DNA of 64,000 bases from assembly GCA_002269645.1 (NCBI GenBank), contig NIVC01001530.1:186001-250000 (forward strand), written 5' to 3'. Numbering within the stretch: the stretch's first letter is position 1; every line of letters starts with the position of its first letter. The translations under genes and the position numbers were made by a program. Origin of the DNA: Macrostomum lignano (taxonomy: Eukaryota). Shown here one piece after another: positions 1 to 11,439 of the stretch. The notes under the pieces were generated by a model, which saw only the letters and a program-made list of their open reading frames with translations, had not been told where the DNA came from and did no database searches.

Positions 1-149
1 CTAATTAACAAAAAAGTTGAGCAGACGATAAATCATTTATTTATTTCTAGAATGGTAAACTTGAATATGTTGATTAAAAAACATTTGTCCTGTTGGATAT
101 AAGCACAACCAAAACCAAAGCAAAGGTGTAATAAACTAAAAAAACTTAC

Positions 150-967
150 TTGAGTATAATCTGCGTAATCCTTTGATAGCCATTAGCGTGCCAGAAATCG
201 TCGAGTAAATTCTGATTAGTCTCTGATGCGTCTTTTAAAAAGCAGCAAATTGTAACTAGCATTTCCACTGTGTCCAACGGCGAACCTGCGGCTTTCATAA
301 TACCATTAACGCACTGCTTAATACACGCCTCTTTGTGTATGTACTGTCGAACGGTGTAAGTCAAACCGTAACGACTTAGAGTTGTAAGCACATCGGCAGC
401 CGCTTTCCTCCAGATTACATTGTGATTAGCGCAAGGACTGCATACTGCTCCGAATAATAGGCTGAGATCGTTTTTCTGTACTAATTCTTCGGCTGGCTCA
501 GTGTGAGAACACAGTCTCACTAATAGTTGAGTAAACGTACGCTGAAGAAGTGCTCTTTGCTCGCATGGTGTTAGTTGTTGTTGTTGCGAACAAGCGGTTG
601 CTTCTGGTAGAGGCGGCAAATCGAAGAACAAATAGAGACACTTAACTAAAGTAGACGGCAACGAGCAAGCGGTCATTGCTTCAATTAAATTTTTGCCACC
701 AGTAGCCAGCAAATTCAACGTTGTCAATAGCATCCAACCGCCAGATTTAGATTCGTCAAGTGCATCGGCTTCTAAGAAGTCAACTATAGCGGCTGACGCG
801 TTCACAGTCGACTGATTGCTGGCCCGCTTTTTAATCTCAGTTACCATTAGTTTAGAGGCGTGACTGCAGAATTGGCCAACGTCTGGGAAACTGGCTGACA
901 TCTCCGAGCTAGGCAGAGAGCTGTACACTTTGCAGAACACTGGCAGCATCACGTATAGACGGCTGGC
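150..967 (-). CDS. WDFY3: WDFY3/Alfy (BEACH-WD40-FYVE autophagy scaffold), exon 2; gene continues off the left edge
   Basis: Translation LYVMLPVF...GWMLLTTLNLLA...PSTLVKCLYLFFDLP...DDLSLLF...CFLKDASE matches the recalled N-terminal region of WDFY3/blue cheese. Acceptor tatacag|GCC at 967; donor CTCAA|gtaagt at 150. Confidence 0.93.
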
Positions 968-1059
968 CTGTATAGTGAAATAATGGTGGCTTTGGTGTTT
1001 GACAACTGTTCCCTAAGGCAATATTTTCGGTATTGAATTTGATCAGAAATTTTTGGAAA

Positions 1060-1378
1060 CTGGTTCTATAGAGAGTGATTCTTAGAAGGCGATTCACAGA
1101 AAGTCTATTCTCGAGGGCGATTTTAAGATGATTTTAGGATGATTCTAGAGAACGATTCTCAAGGGCGATAATAAGAGGGAGATTCTCGAGAGTGATTCTT
1201 GAAGGCGATCCTCAAGGGCAATTCTAATAGGTCAAGAAGGCAGTTCTAGAGGTCGATTCTCAAGGGCGATTATGAGAGGGCGATTCTCTCAAGGAGGGCG
1301 ATTCTAAAAAGCGATTCTAAAAGGGCGATTCTAATAGGGCGATTTTATGAGGGCAATCCTAAAAGGGCGATTCTAAGA
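1060..1378. repeat. Degenerate tandem repeat of a GGGCGATTCT-core motif in WDFY3 intron 1
   Basis: Many imperfect gggcgattct/gcgattct copies spaced about 10-25 bp apart. Confidence 0.75.
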
Positions 1379-1453
1379 CGTTACGGTGATTTGGCAAAGT
1401 CAAGCAGTTACTGAAAGGTAAAGCATAAAAATCATAAAATAGAGAAATTTTAC

Positions 1454-1732
1454 CTGTTCCCCTGGTCCCATTCGACTAGCGTTAGCCTTGACGTCGGCAA
1501 ACAGTTTCCTTAGATGGGCAATTGCTAAACTGTGATCCTCAATAGGGGAGAACCCTGCGCCTTGACCGGCGCTTCCGGTGGCGCCGCCGCCGACGCCTCC
1601 CCTGGCACCTTCCGCAGCGGCGGCGTAGCGAGCGAAGGCTTGATCAGCGGCCGAGGGCGGCCCGCGACTGGAACTCGATTGGGAGCCGCTGTTGCCGCCG
1701 CCTCCGCCGACAAGCTTGGAGAAGAAGCTCAT
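1454..1732 (-). CDS. WDFY3: WDFY3 exon 1 (Gly/Ser/Ala-rich N-terminus, then LAIAHLRKLF)
   Basis: ATG at 1732. HSLAIAHLRKLFAD resembles WDFY3 NALGLMHLRRLFTE. Donor GAACAG|gtaaaa at 1454 is phase 0 and in frame with exon 2. Confidence 0.88.
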
Positions 1733-1924
1733 TGAACTAGTTAATTTAGATTGCTAATTAGTTAGCAAGTAAGCGCACTAAACTTTCGCTAGTGAGCTAT
1801 TATTAATTAATAACTCCAGCTTTTCTAGCGTGTTGAGCGTTCTTTTGTAACCAATAATTGGAATGCTTTTGCAGAAATAAATAAAAACAAATTTTATAGA
1901 GAAAAAGCACACGGTAAGAAAAGC

Positions 1925-2350
1925 GGCTATGGGGAAGAAAGCGAATGAGGGAGAGTCTGGGAAAATGGAATGAAAGAGAGATGGGGCATAAAGGATGAGA
2001 GAAATATGATGGAGATGATAATTAGAGAACGATTACAAAGTGGGAGGCGAAAGAGAAGGAAGAGAGGGAAATTGAAAATGGGGAAGACGGAGAAGAGAGT
2101 GAAAGAAAGAGGTAGAGTGGTGAAGGTGAGAAAGGAAGTGAGGATAGGGAGATAAGGAGAGACTAAGGAGAAAAGGAAAGGAGACAGGGGAGAGTGAAGA
2201 GAGGAGAGGGAGGAGAGGAGAGAATAAGGAGAGGACAGAGGGAGAGCGAGGAGAGGAGAAAGGGAGAGGAGAGAGGAAGAGAGTGAGGAAGGAGAGGGTA
2301 GAGGGAGAGGGAGAGGGGAGAGGGGAGAGTGGGAAGTGGAAAGGAAAGAA
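1925..2350. repeat. GA-rich polypurine low-complexity tract
   Basis: Mostly G and A on the + strand; the overlapping ORFs are compositional artefacts. Confidence 0.9.
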
Positions 2351-2941
2351 CTAAAACTATTGCAAAACACAAGAAACAAAGAATTTAAGCCAAAATGGGT
2401 TGTCTTTTACATAACTCAATTGCTAGCATGTAGGATGTGTGTATATGTCTCAAACTCAAGTTTTACGGTACCTTAAGGGCTTCTTCGTAATTATATATAA
2501 AGTCAGCAAGAAATTTCAATGCGGTAATAAACAGAAAAGCCAAGCACAGAGCTATGAGAGACCGGTACTATAGTTTCATCCTTTTCGTTTTTATTTAAAC
2601 AAAATTATTAATAACAACAAAGACCAACAATTGGATCATGACAGACAAGGCAGTCAAATTAGCTTTTAGAAAGGTCAAAAAACACAAACACAACGCTAAG
2701 AAAGTCAAAGCAATTGTTTATAACCATTTATCGAAAAAAAGTTGCCGATTTCATTTTCAACAAAGGATTGTTTCACATATTTTCTCTATACTACTTGCGA
2801 GAGAATCGGTTAGCATATACAGGAATATGTCATTTTACAATAGATTGGCTTATTTGACCAGGTGAGATGAAATTTAACTAGTTGAAAATAATATTCAACC
2901 GCCATTATTGATTATAATTAATTATTCATAATTAATAGCCC

Positions 2942-3099
2942 ATAATAATAATATTAATAACTGATTAAACCTGCCCTACCCTAATGCCAATGGGCGAACT
3001 GAAGCAATGCAAAGTTAAGTGTCTTGCTCAAAGAAACAAATCGTTCCAATGGGATCGGGAATCGAACCCCCTACCTTCAAGTCGTGAGTCCGGCGCTCT
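2942..3099 (-). mobile_element. Truncated tRNA-headed CORE-type SINE copy
   Basis: Shares gttaagtgtcttgctc...gggaatcgaacccc...gtcgtgagtcc with the copies at 7.5, 20.9 and 37.8 kb; has an (AAT)n tail. Confidence 0.75.
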
Positions 3100-3216
3100 T
3101 TTTAACCCCCTTTTAATAGCCTAGATGCTTAATAACGCTATAGGCCTTTGAGAACATTATTCCATGAGTTAGACTACTAGGTGAACATTATCTGATGTAA
3201 ATTAATTAATCATATT

Positions 3217-3505
3217 CATACATGCGCAACAGTCGGCCGATCCGGCCGACCGATTTGGCGGCCAACCAAGGAAGTCGCAAAAATGCCCACCCGAAAAAAT
3301 ACCTAAGTAGTACTACTAAGTAGCTGACGAAGCATTTTGATTTATAAGACAGTCATAGTTACTCCTGCCGTTTACCCAAAGTTGCGTTAATTTTGCTTTA
3401 GGGTTTTTTTTACATGTAAGTCGCATTTTTGGCCAAAAACTACGTCGCATTTTTGTTAAAACTAAGTCGCATGGCCGACCGAATTTTGGAGGTTGCGCAT
3501 GTATG
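3217..3505. mobile_element. MITE, 289 bp, with 14-bp TIR CATACATGCGCAAC
   Basis: Perfect inverted termini at 3217-3230 and 3492-3505; internal repeated aagtcgca motifs. No convincing 8-bp TSD (only ATT on both sides). Confidence 0.75.
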
Positions 3506-3622
3506 ATTCATCTTCCAGTAGATTTTTATCTTCTACAGAGAAAAATAGCTATCATTTTCTTTAGTCTCTACTCCAAACAGTAGAAATAGGAAAACTTTCA
3601 AGTTATTTTATTATATAAAAAA

Positions 3623-4138
3623 TCACTGCATTGCATCATCGCATGCGCCAGCAGCGGCTGTTGCCGCGGCGCCAGCGCCAGCGGAGGCAGCACCGCCAGC
3701 GGAAGCGGCAGCGGAAGCAGCTCCGCTAGCGGGATTAGACTCGGTGACGCATAAATTAGCTTTGCTAACAGCCAGATGTAGAATAGCGGCCGAATTTCTG
3801 CGCTTCCAATCGCGACAAGCTTGTAGAGCGGATTCGAATACCGCACTGCGCAGGTCCGCCTGCTTAGCAATCAATAGGCGCTTGTTGCTATCGATACGGG
3901 CGGCTATGCGCTTGTCCAATATTAGTCGCATTAATTCGTCTTCCAGCGCTGGCACGCTTGTACCAAAGGTTGATGCCATTTTATCCAGATCGGCGCTAAC
4001 ATACGGGCTGAAGTATTGGGTTAAGGCGCGTTTTCTAATCTCTGAGAATAGCGATTCCACGTGCGAGCCAAGGTAGAGGTCTAGGAGTAAAGTCGGCTTC
4101 AGGCGCTCCATGCCGGCTAGGCAGGCTGCGTAGTTAGC
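3623..4138 (-). CDS. GPS1: COP9 signalosome subunit 1, exon 5 (PCI domain C-terminus)
   Basis: LLLDLYLGSHVESLFSEIRKRALTQYFSPYVSADLDKMASTF...LEDELMRLIL...ARIDS matches CSN1. Acceptor ctccag|GCT at 4138; stop at 3623. Confidence 0.95.
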   Translation of the reverse strand, partial: ANYAACLAGMERLKPTLLLDLYLGSHVESLFSEIRKRALTQYFSPYVSADLDKMASTFGTSVPALEDELMRLILDKRIAARIDSNKRLLIAKQADLRSAVFESALQACRDWKRRNSAAILHLAVSKANLCVTESNPASGAASAAASAGGAASAGAGAAATAAAGACDDAMQ

Positions 4139-4192
4139 CTGGAGTGGCATTTTCAAAGAACAAAGCGAACAATTAAAATCAATAGGAACAAC

Positions 4193-4537
4193 CTGCTTCT
4201 GATTGCAACCAATCTGCTTCTAGTGGCAACCATCCTACTTCTGATTGCAACCAATCTGCTTCTGATTGCAACCAATCTGCTTCTAGTGGCAACCATCCTA
4301 CTTCTGATTGCAACCAATTTGCTTCTGATTGCAACCAATCTGCTTCTAGTGGCAACCATCCTGCTTCTGATTGCAACCAATCTGCTTCTGATTGCAACCA
4401 ATCTGCTTCTAGTGGCAACCATCCTGCTTCTGATTGCAACCAATCTGCTTCTAGTGGCAACCATCCTACTTCTGATTGCAACCAATTTGCTTCTGATTGC
4501 AACCAATCTGCTTCTAGTGGCAACCATCTTGCTTCTA
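4193..4537. repeat. 21-bp minisatellite with a 63-bp higher-order period, CSN1 intron 4
   Basis: Alternating units ctgcttctgattgcaaccaat and ctgcttctagtggcaaccatc. Confidence 0.95.
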
Positions 4538-4595
4538 GGTTTAGGTTAGGTTTCAAATGGTTAAAAGTTTATCTAACAATTCAAAACATCTTCAC

Positions 4596-4879
4596 CTGAT
4601 GAAAGCTAGTTACAACATCGCGAACTGCCGGTTCAGCTTCGAGGAATTGACGAAAATTGGCGCTAGACATGACCAGCCTGCGCATGTCCTGCCTGTCAAA
4701 GGTGGCCAGAGCGCACAGGCTGGCATAAGTGGCGATATTAGCCGGCGATAGAAGCTCGGGACAATTGAAAAAGTCGAATTGTACGGCTAGGAATTGGCGC
4801 GCGGCGGTGCGATAGCGGGAGTCCGCGAGTTCAACTAGACCCGATGCCGCCTGTACGAATGCCAGCTTGCGCTGGACAC
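4596..4879 (-). CDS. GPS1: CSN1 exon 4
   Basis: Not in the ORF track. Manual translation GVQRKLAFVQAASGLVELADSRYRTAARQFL...CPELLSPANIATYASLCALATFDRQ...FLEAEPAVRDVVTSFHQ. Acceptor cccgcag| (phase 1); donor CATCAG|gtgaag. Confidence 0.93.
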
Positions 4880-4950
4880 CTGCGGGAGAGTAGAGTAGGA
4901 GACATCATCATCATTAAAACACGTCTGCTGATTATCATATGATTATTCAA

Positions 4951-6165
4951 GATCAGTATGAGTATCGAATGATTGATTGATCAGTATGATTATCGAATGA
5001 TTGATTGATCAGTATGAGTATCGAATGATTGATTGATCAGTATGATTATCGAATGATTGATTGATCAGTATGATTATCGATTGATCGATTGATAAGTATG
5101 ATTATCGATTGATTGATTGAACAGTATGATTATCGATTGATTGATTGAACAGTATGATTATCGATTGATTGATTGATCAGTATAATTATCGATCGATTGA
5201 TTGATCAGTATGATTATTGATTGATTGATTGAACAGTATGATTATCGATTGATTGATTGATCAGTATGATTATTGATTGATTGATTGATCAGTATGATTA
5301 TCGATTGATTGATTGATCAGTATGATTATCGATTGATTGATTGATCAGTATGATTACCGATTGATTGATTGATCAGTATGATTATCGATTGATTGATTGA
5401 ACAGTATAATTATCGATCGATTGATTGATCAGTATGATTATCGATTGATTGATTGATCAGTATGATTATCGATTGATTGATTGAACAGTATAATTATCGA
5501 TCGATTGATTGATCAGTATGATTATCGATTGATTGATTGATCAGTATGATTATTGATTGATTGATTGATCAGTATGATTATCGATTGATTGATTGATCAG
5601 TATAATTATTGATTGATTGATTGATCAGTATGATTATTGATTGATTGATTGATCAGTATGATTATCGATTGATTGATTGATCAGTATGATTATTGATTGA
5701 TTGATTGATCAGTATGATTATTGATTGATTGATTGATCAGTATGATTATCGATTGATTGATTGAACAGTATGATTATCGATTGATTGATTGATCAGTATG
5801 ATTATTGATTGATTGATTGATCAGTATGATTATCGATTGATTGATTGATCAGTATGATTATTGATTGATTGATTGATCAGTATGATTATCGATTGATTGA
5901 TTGAACAGTATGATTATCGATTGATTGATTGATCAGTATAATTATCGATCGATTGATTGATCAGTACGATTATCGATTGATTGATTGAACAGTATAATTA
6001 TCAATCGATTGATTGATTGATCAGTATAATTATCGATTGATTGATTGAACAGTATGATTATCGAATGATTGATTGATCAGTATGATTATCGATTGATTGA
6101 TTGATCAGTATGATTATCGAATGATTTATTGATCAGTATGATTGATTGATCAGTATGATTATCAA
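4951..6165. repeat. About 28-bp (GATT-based) minisatellite, CSN1 intron 3
   Basis: Unit cagtatgattatcgattgattgattgat, about 40 copies. Confidence 0.95.
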
Positions 6166-6229
6166 ATTATCAAGGTAGGCTATGAAGCTCAAGATATATT
6201 CAATACACAATAATTAATCGCACGCTCAC

Positions 6230-6425
6230 CTTCGCGCTCCTTAGGCTTAGCAGAGGGCGCGGCCGAGGTCAAAGCGGACGCGTCGCCAGGGTAGCCGCCG
6301 GCGCCGAGGCTCCGGCCAACTTCAACTCCGCTGCAAGCTTCGGCTTTGGTGATGTGCGATTTGGCGTGCTGCCAATTGCAACTGTAAACGCTGATTCTAA
6401 TGACGTTTAAGCACATGTCCAATTC
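6230..6425 (-). CDS. GPS1: CSN1 exon 3
   Basis: ELDMCLNVIRISVYSCNWQHAKSHITKAE matches CSN1 MCLNVIKVSVYLQNW. Acceptor atgcag|GAA; donor GAAG|gtgagc (phase 1). Confidence 0.93.
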
Positions 6426-6519
6426 CTGCATTGGGGTTTAGGGAAGTTGGAGAATGCAGAATGTATATGATAATAACATAGTAAAATAAAAGAATTTGAG
6501 AGATTAACATGGGAGATAG

Positions 6520-7150
6520 CTAATTAGGTAGATAATTGGGTAGGAAAGTGTAAGTAGCAATGTACATGTAGGTTAAAAGGTAGGTAAGTTTACAACGTAA
6601 TTAGGTAGGTAGGCGGGTAAATAGATACGCAGAATTTTGGTAAATAAGTAGGTAGGTAAGTAGGTATAGGTAGGTAGGTAGGTAAGTAGGTATAGGTAGG
6701 TAGGTAGGTAAGTAGGTAGGTAAGTGGAAAGGTAGGTAAATAGACAGGTAAGTAGGAAGGCATACACGTACTCGTAGATAGATGGACAGGAAAGGTGGGT
6801 GGATACTTCAGTTGGTAGGTAGATAGAAAGGTAGGCAGGTAGGTAGGTAGATAGATAGACAGATATCTATGTAGGAAAGTAGGTAAATAAGAGTGGGTAG
6901 AAAGTACGAGTAGATAGGTAGGTAGGTAGGTAGTTATGTAGCTAGGTAGATAGCTACGTAAATAAGAGTGGGTAGATAGGATAGTATATAGTTAGGTAGT
7001 TAGGCAGGTAGGAAGGTAGCTACGTAGAAAAGTAGGTAGATAGAAAAGTAGGTAGCTAGGAAAGTAGATGGTAGGCAGGTATCTACGTAGAAAAGTAGGT
7101 AAATAGGAAAGTAAGTACGTAAGGTAGGTACAAAAGCATATAGGTATATA
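6520..7150. repeat. Degenerate (AGGT)n/(AGAT)n microsatellite region, CSN1 intron 2
   Basis: Long aggtaggtaggt runs. Confidence 0.9.
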
Positions 7151-7173
7151 ATCGCAAAGGTATTATCTCCAAC

Positions 7174-7449
7174 CTGCAGGTGATTGGTGCAGTACTCCCT
7201 AGTCCTGCTGTAATTCTTCAATGCGCTACTTAAGTCGCCCATTCGCAGAAAATGAAAAGCCAACTCGTCCTGACCCCGTCGAATGCTCTCTTTGATGGCG
7301 CTCTGCTTTGACGAGCGTAATTCGACGTCCAATTTTTCCAGGCTTAGCTGGGCCAGTTTTCTGGTGGCTTCGACCCACTGGGTGTCCTGGGCGGGCGCCT
7401 GACCAGCGGGTGCACTAGCGACCAGCTTTCTGTGGCACTCAACGTACGC
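7174..7449 (-). CDS. GPS1: CSN1 exon 2
   Basis: AYVECHRKL...[10 protein letters not shown]...EKLDVEL...[37 protein letters not shown]. Acceptor cacag|GCG; donor CTGCAG|gttgga. Confidence 0.95.
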
Positions 7450-7533
7450 CTGTGCGGTGGGCAGAATAAAGAATATTAAAATATTAAATACAGTAGACTA
7501 GAAGCATACAATATAGTAACCTTAATACATTTG

Positions 7534-7818
7534 TAATAATAACAATAACAATAATTGATTAAACATGCCTCGATTGGGCCAGATGTGCAACCGAAAGCTC
7601 AGTCTGTTCAAGAACTGGGGGGGGGGGGGGTCGCCAAACACACTCAGCCTCAATTTGCCCCAGCTAATGCTGGCACCCATTTTACAGCTGGGTGAACTGA
7701 AGCAATGCAGAGTTAAGTGTCTTGCTCAAGGACACAAATTGTTCCGAGTGGGATTGGGAATCGAACTCCCGACCTTCAAATCATGAGTCCGACGCTCTAA
7801 ACACTAGACTACAACCCC
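7534..7818 (-). mobile_element. Most complete tRNA-headed CORE-type SINE copy, CSN1 intron 1
   Basis: On the minus strand: gggttgtagtctagtg (A box), ggagttcgattcc (B box), tgtgtccttgagcaagacacttaac...cagctgtaaaatggg (MIR CORE-like), then a (TTA/TTG)n tail. Confidence 0.82.
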
Positions 7819-7885
7819 TATCTACATGAGCCAAAATAAAATATAAAAAGATAACAAAACTCGAATATGAAACACGCGTTCCAAC

Positions 7886-8125
7886 CTGAACGTCCAGCGT
7901 TTCCGATTTTAAATAGTTGAGCGTCATAGTCAAGGCTTGTACACGCAGTGGAGGACAATGGTCGGCAATGTAAATCAGGCGCTGGTACCTGGCATAGCCT
8001 GTGTAGCTGGACACTATCAGGTCCAAATCTAAATTGGCATTCTGCACAATCGCGCCAGCAGCTGGCTGCACATTTTCGTTTTGCTCCACATCGTTTAGAA
8101 TATCTACTACCATTGGCTCAACCAT
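7886..8125 (-). CDS. GPS1: CSN1 exon 1
   Basis: MVEPM...NANLDLDLIVSSYTGYARYQRLIYIADHCPPLRVQAL matches the CSN1 N-terminus. Donor GTTCAG|gttgga. Confidence 0.93.
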
Positions 8126-10949
8126 TGCTCTGCTACTGATTGTTAGTAGTCACTACTGAATATTATTTACCGACGTAGCTAATTTTTACTATAGGAAGGC
8201 AGAAAGGGGGGTTTCAAACACAAGTAAAGTTTGAATAGAATAAAATCACATTTAATCTTTTACATATACAAAATAACTGTATGTGTAATTGGCACTCAAG
8301 GATGGTACTCAAGGGTGAAAATTGCATGATAATAGCCAGGCTAAGATACCAAGATGGAATTGAGCCTGGGCTGGGCTATAGACCACTAGGCTTTACCCTC
8401 CTAGTATTAGCATTAGCAGTTTAGCTTGTTTACCTATAGGCTAGCTCTCATTGTTTTGATATCATGAATTGTAGCACTAATAATTTAATACTTTTAATAT
8501 TCAAAGCTGAGAGTATATAGCTCAAAAGCAGTTATGATATAATCAATTTCTAAGGCAGCCAGTGTTTGTCTCAATTAAAGTTAATAATATGGTTACACAA
8601 TCTAAATCAAGTCTTGTGCTATGCTTCCACAGTGTTTTCAACACTAGCATAATTCAGGTTTGAGTTACAATTCAGTTGTAATGAAATCTTTATAGAATCA
8701 GAATTCCCTATTGAAATAAATTCTGAAAATATGCAAACACAAGTCAAGGGTCACTTTCCAAGGTACATAGGCCGCATCAAGGAGTCACTTTAAAAGTTGC
8801 CAATAAGTGGTCATAAATAGTCATCTCACAGAAAATGTGACACGTCGCAGGGTCATTTTGAAAATGAACCAGATAGCCATCTGTCATTTTGCAGCTTATT
8901 CTAATAGGGTCAGAATTTAGTCAAGTCAGTTTTGGCTTTAGAAAAGTAAAAGAAAGGAGGGAGAAGAGAGAGAAGGAGAAGAAGAGAAAGAAAGAGAAAG
9001 AGAAGAAAAGAGAAAAGGGCAAGAAAAGTCATATACAAAGTGAAAATTAAGTTGCAATTAGGAGAACTAAGTTGCGATTGAAAGGAACTAAGTTGCAAAT
9101 CTGGACAAAACTAAGTTGCACCAGATGGGTGAAATTTTTAGGTTGGGCATATATGGCACCCTTGGTGCATTTTTGCTGGACCCTTGATGCATATCTGCAC
9201 ATTTTCAGAATTTATTCAGATTCTGAATCTGGGAATTCTGATTCTATAAAGATTGCATTACAACTAAATTGTAACTCAAACAATGAGAGCTTGCCTAAAT
9301 ATGAACAAGTTGAACTGCTAATGCAATGACATAGGTGGGTTCAAATTTTTATAGTTTATTATAAAGTTTTATATTAAAACTTTTTTAACATCAAGAAACT
9401 AAAGAAAACTTTAAAAGCATTAGAAAAAAATAAAAGAGATATCATACATACCTAAGAGAAGTGTGATGTAAGACATGAAAGAATAATAATTTAAAACATT
9501 AAGATATATTAAGTAAATCATAAAAGAAGCTTCATATAAAAATAAAAGTGTTATATAATGTATAAAAAGGTTCTGTCACATAGTTTATTTAAAAATTTGT
9601 ATTAAATTAAAAAAATGAATATTACACTACACTATATGAGAAAGGATTATTATACTCAATAAAAAAGGAATTATTGCATTAGCTGAGACAATTGTTGCAT
9701 TAGCTTGCTAGATGTTTGCTATCATGAGGGCTATTAGAAAGATGCTTGCTATCTAGGGTTTCTTGCTATATATAGGGGTTGTTTTTTTTTCCTTGCTTTT
9801 GGGAAATGTTTGCTTGGGGGAATTGCTAAGATAGCAAGGCTTATTGCGGGAATCACTTAAATATCAAGGCTTATAAGGACAATTGCTAAAGCTAGCAATA
9901 GTTGAAGACCTTGTGGGTGTCTTCCCCTTATTAATTGTTTTAAGGGTTTATTGACTTTTATATGAATTTCCTAAATAGTTTGATGATTCTTGGACATTAT
10001 AGATATAAGATACACTTCTAACAGTAAAAAAAATATTGATAAGTTAAAAGCTAAAAATGATATATTAAACATAGAAACTAGGCCTAATAGCGTATCTTAG
10101 TTTTTTTAGTTTTAGGTTTGATTAGGCCGTAGTTTTAATTTAGGCTAGGCCACTAGCCTATTTTGCAGGAGATAAACAAGCTAACCTTACGCATAGTCAA
10201 TAAATATTTGGTTTCCAAAAAGTAAGGAGTAAAAAACCCCAGTTTATCAGCTTATGATATAAATTAAAAAAGTATTTTTGACATTATCCTAAATAAGTCA
10301 AGAACTTCAAAGCTAGAACTAAGATAAGACAGATCCCAATCCCAAAATCCTAAGATTGTAGCAAAAATTGAGATCTTGATCCTACTCTACCCTAAAAATG
10401 TTGATCCTATCTAAATTATATGCAATACATGTTTATATACTGAAATTTGTTTCATTTTTTGATCCCAATATATTTATAAAATTATAAAAAATTAAAATCA
10501 CAAATTCCTAACAATTAGGCCTAACAAATATTGAATTCTTATGTATAGCAGTATAAGACCTTAGGTAGGCCCTATCCATTTGTGATAAATATGATCATAT
10601 CCTATCTAACCTCAACTCATACTAGGCCCTAATAGCCCACATTTGAAAGCTTTGCAGTCTGCATACCAAATAGTATTTCAGTTGCCATATGTAATGTAAT
10701 GTAATGTAGGCCTAGTATGAATCCTAGAGAACTAGATCTATTGCAAAGTTAATAATAATGTTAAAATAATGTTCATAGCAAAGACCACTCAATGACTCAA
10801 GTACAGTACTTGACAACTAGACTACTTGAGTAGTCCTTGGTTGATAGTAGGAAGGCCTACCGTCTAATGCTTGATAATGTCGTAACGTTTCAGTTATTTT
10901 CGTGGGTGGGTTTCACAAACGCGAAATTTATAACCGCTAAAATCACTTG

Positions 10950-11081
10950 CTTTCATAAACGCGAAACTTCACAAACGCGAAACTTCACAACTGCTAAAAA
11001 TTTTGCACGTACTTTCATAATACTGCAGTCTTTTTAGTGGTTGTGAAGTTTCGCGGTTATGAAGTTTTGCGTTTGTGAAAG
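10950..11081. repeat. Foldback/palindromic element with about 51-bp arms (probable MITE remnant)
   Basis: 10950-11000 is nearly the reverse complement of 11031-11081, built from cacaaacgcgaaact subrepeats; a third arm-like copy lies at 10911-10944. Confidence 0.7.
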
Positions 11082-11439
11082 CAATCTATCCATTTTCGTG
11101 ATAGATTTGTTAGAAATAAAGTAAACTTAAACTTTTTCAAAAAGAAGTATAAGTGTTTTAACAAAGTTATTTTTTTAGTGAAGAGACTATAATACTATAA
11201 CACTATAATACATACTATAATAAAAGGACTACAGTTTTATTTATGCGTAAAAACTCGGTTTTGATTTTATTTTTTAATGTAAAATAAGTGTCGCTTTTTG
11301 GTCGTTGGTATGTAATATAGTAGACATCTGAGATGTACGTTTTATCACATTCCACTTATATCAGATATATTTCATATATAAATTCATATATGCTCGAAGT
11401 ACAGAAAGCGAGACATATATTTGGAAACTCGCAGTTATA

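Noticed and set aside
4153-4556. Three overlapping 108-125 aa ORFs with repetitive peptides
   Set aside because: They are translations of the 21-bp minisatellite inside CSN1 intron 4.
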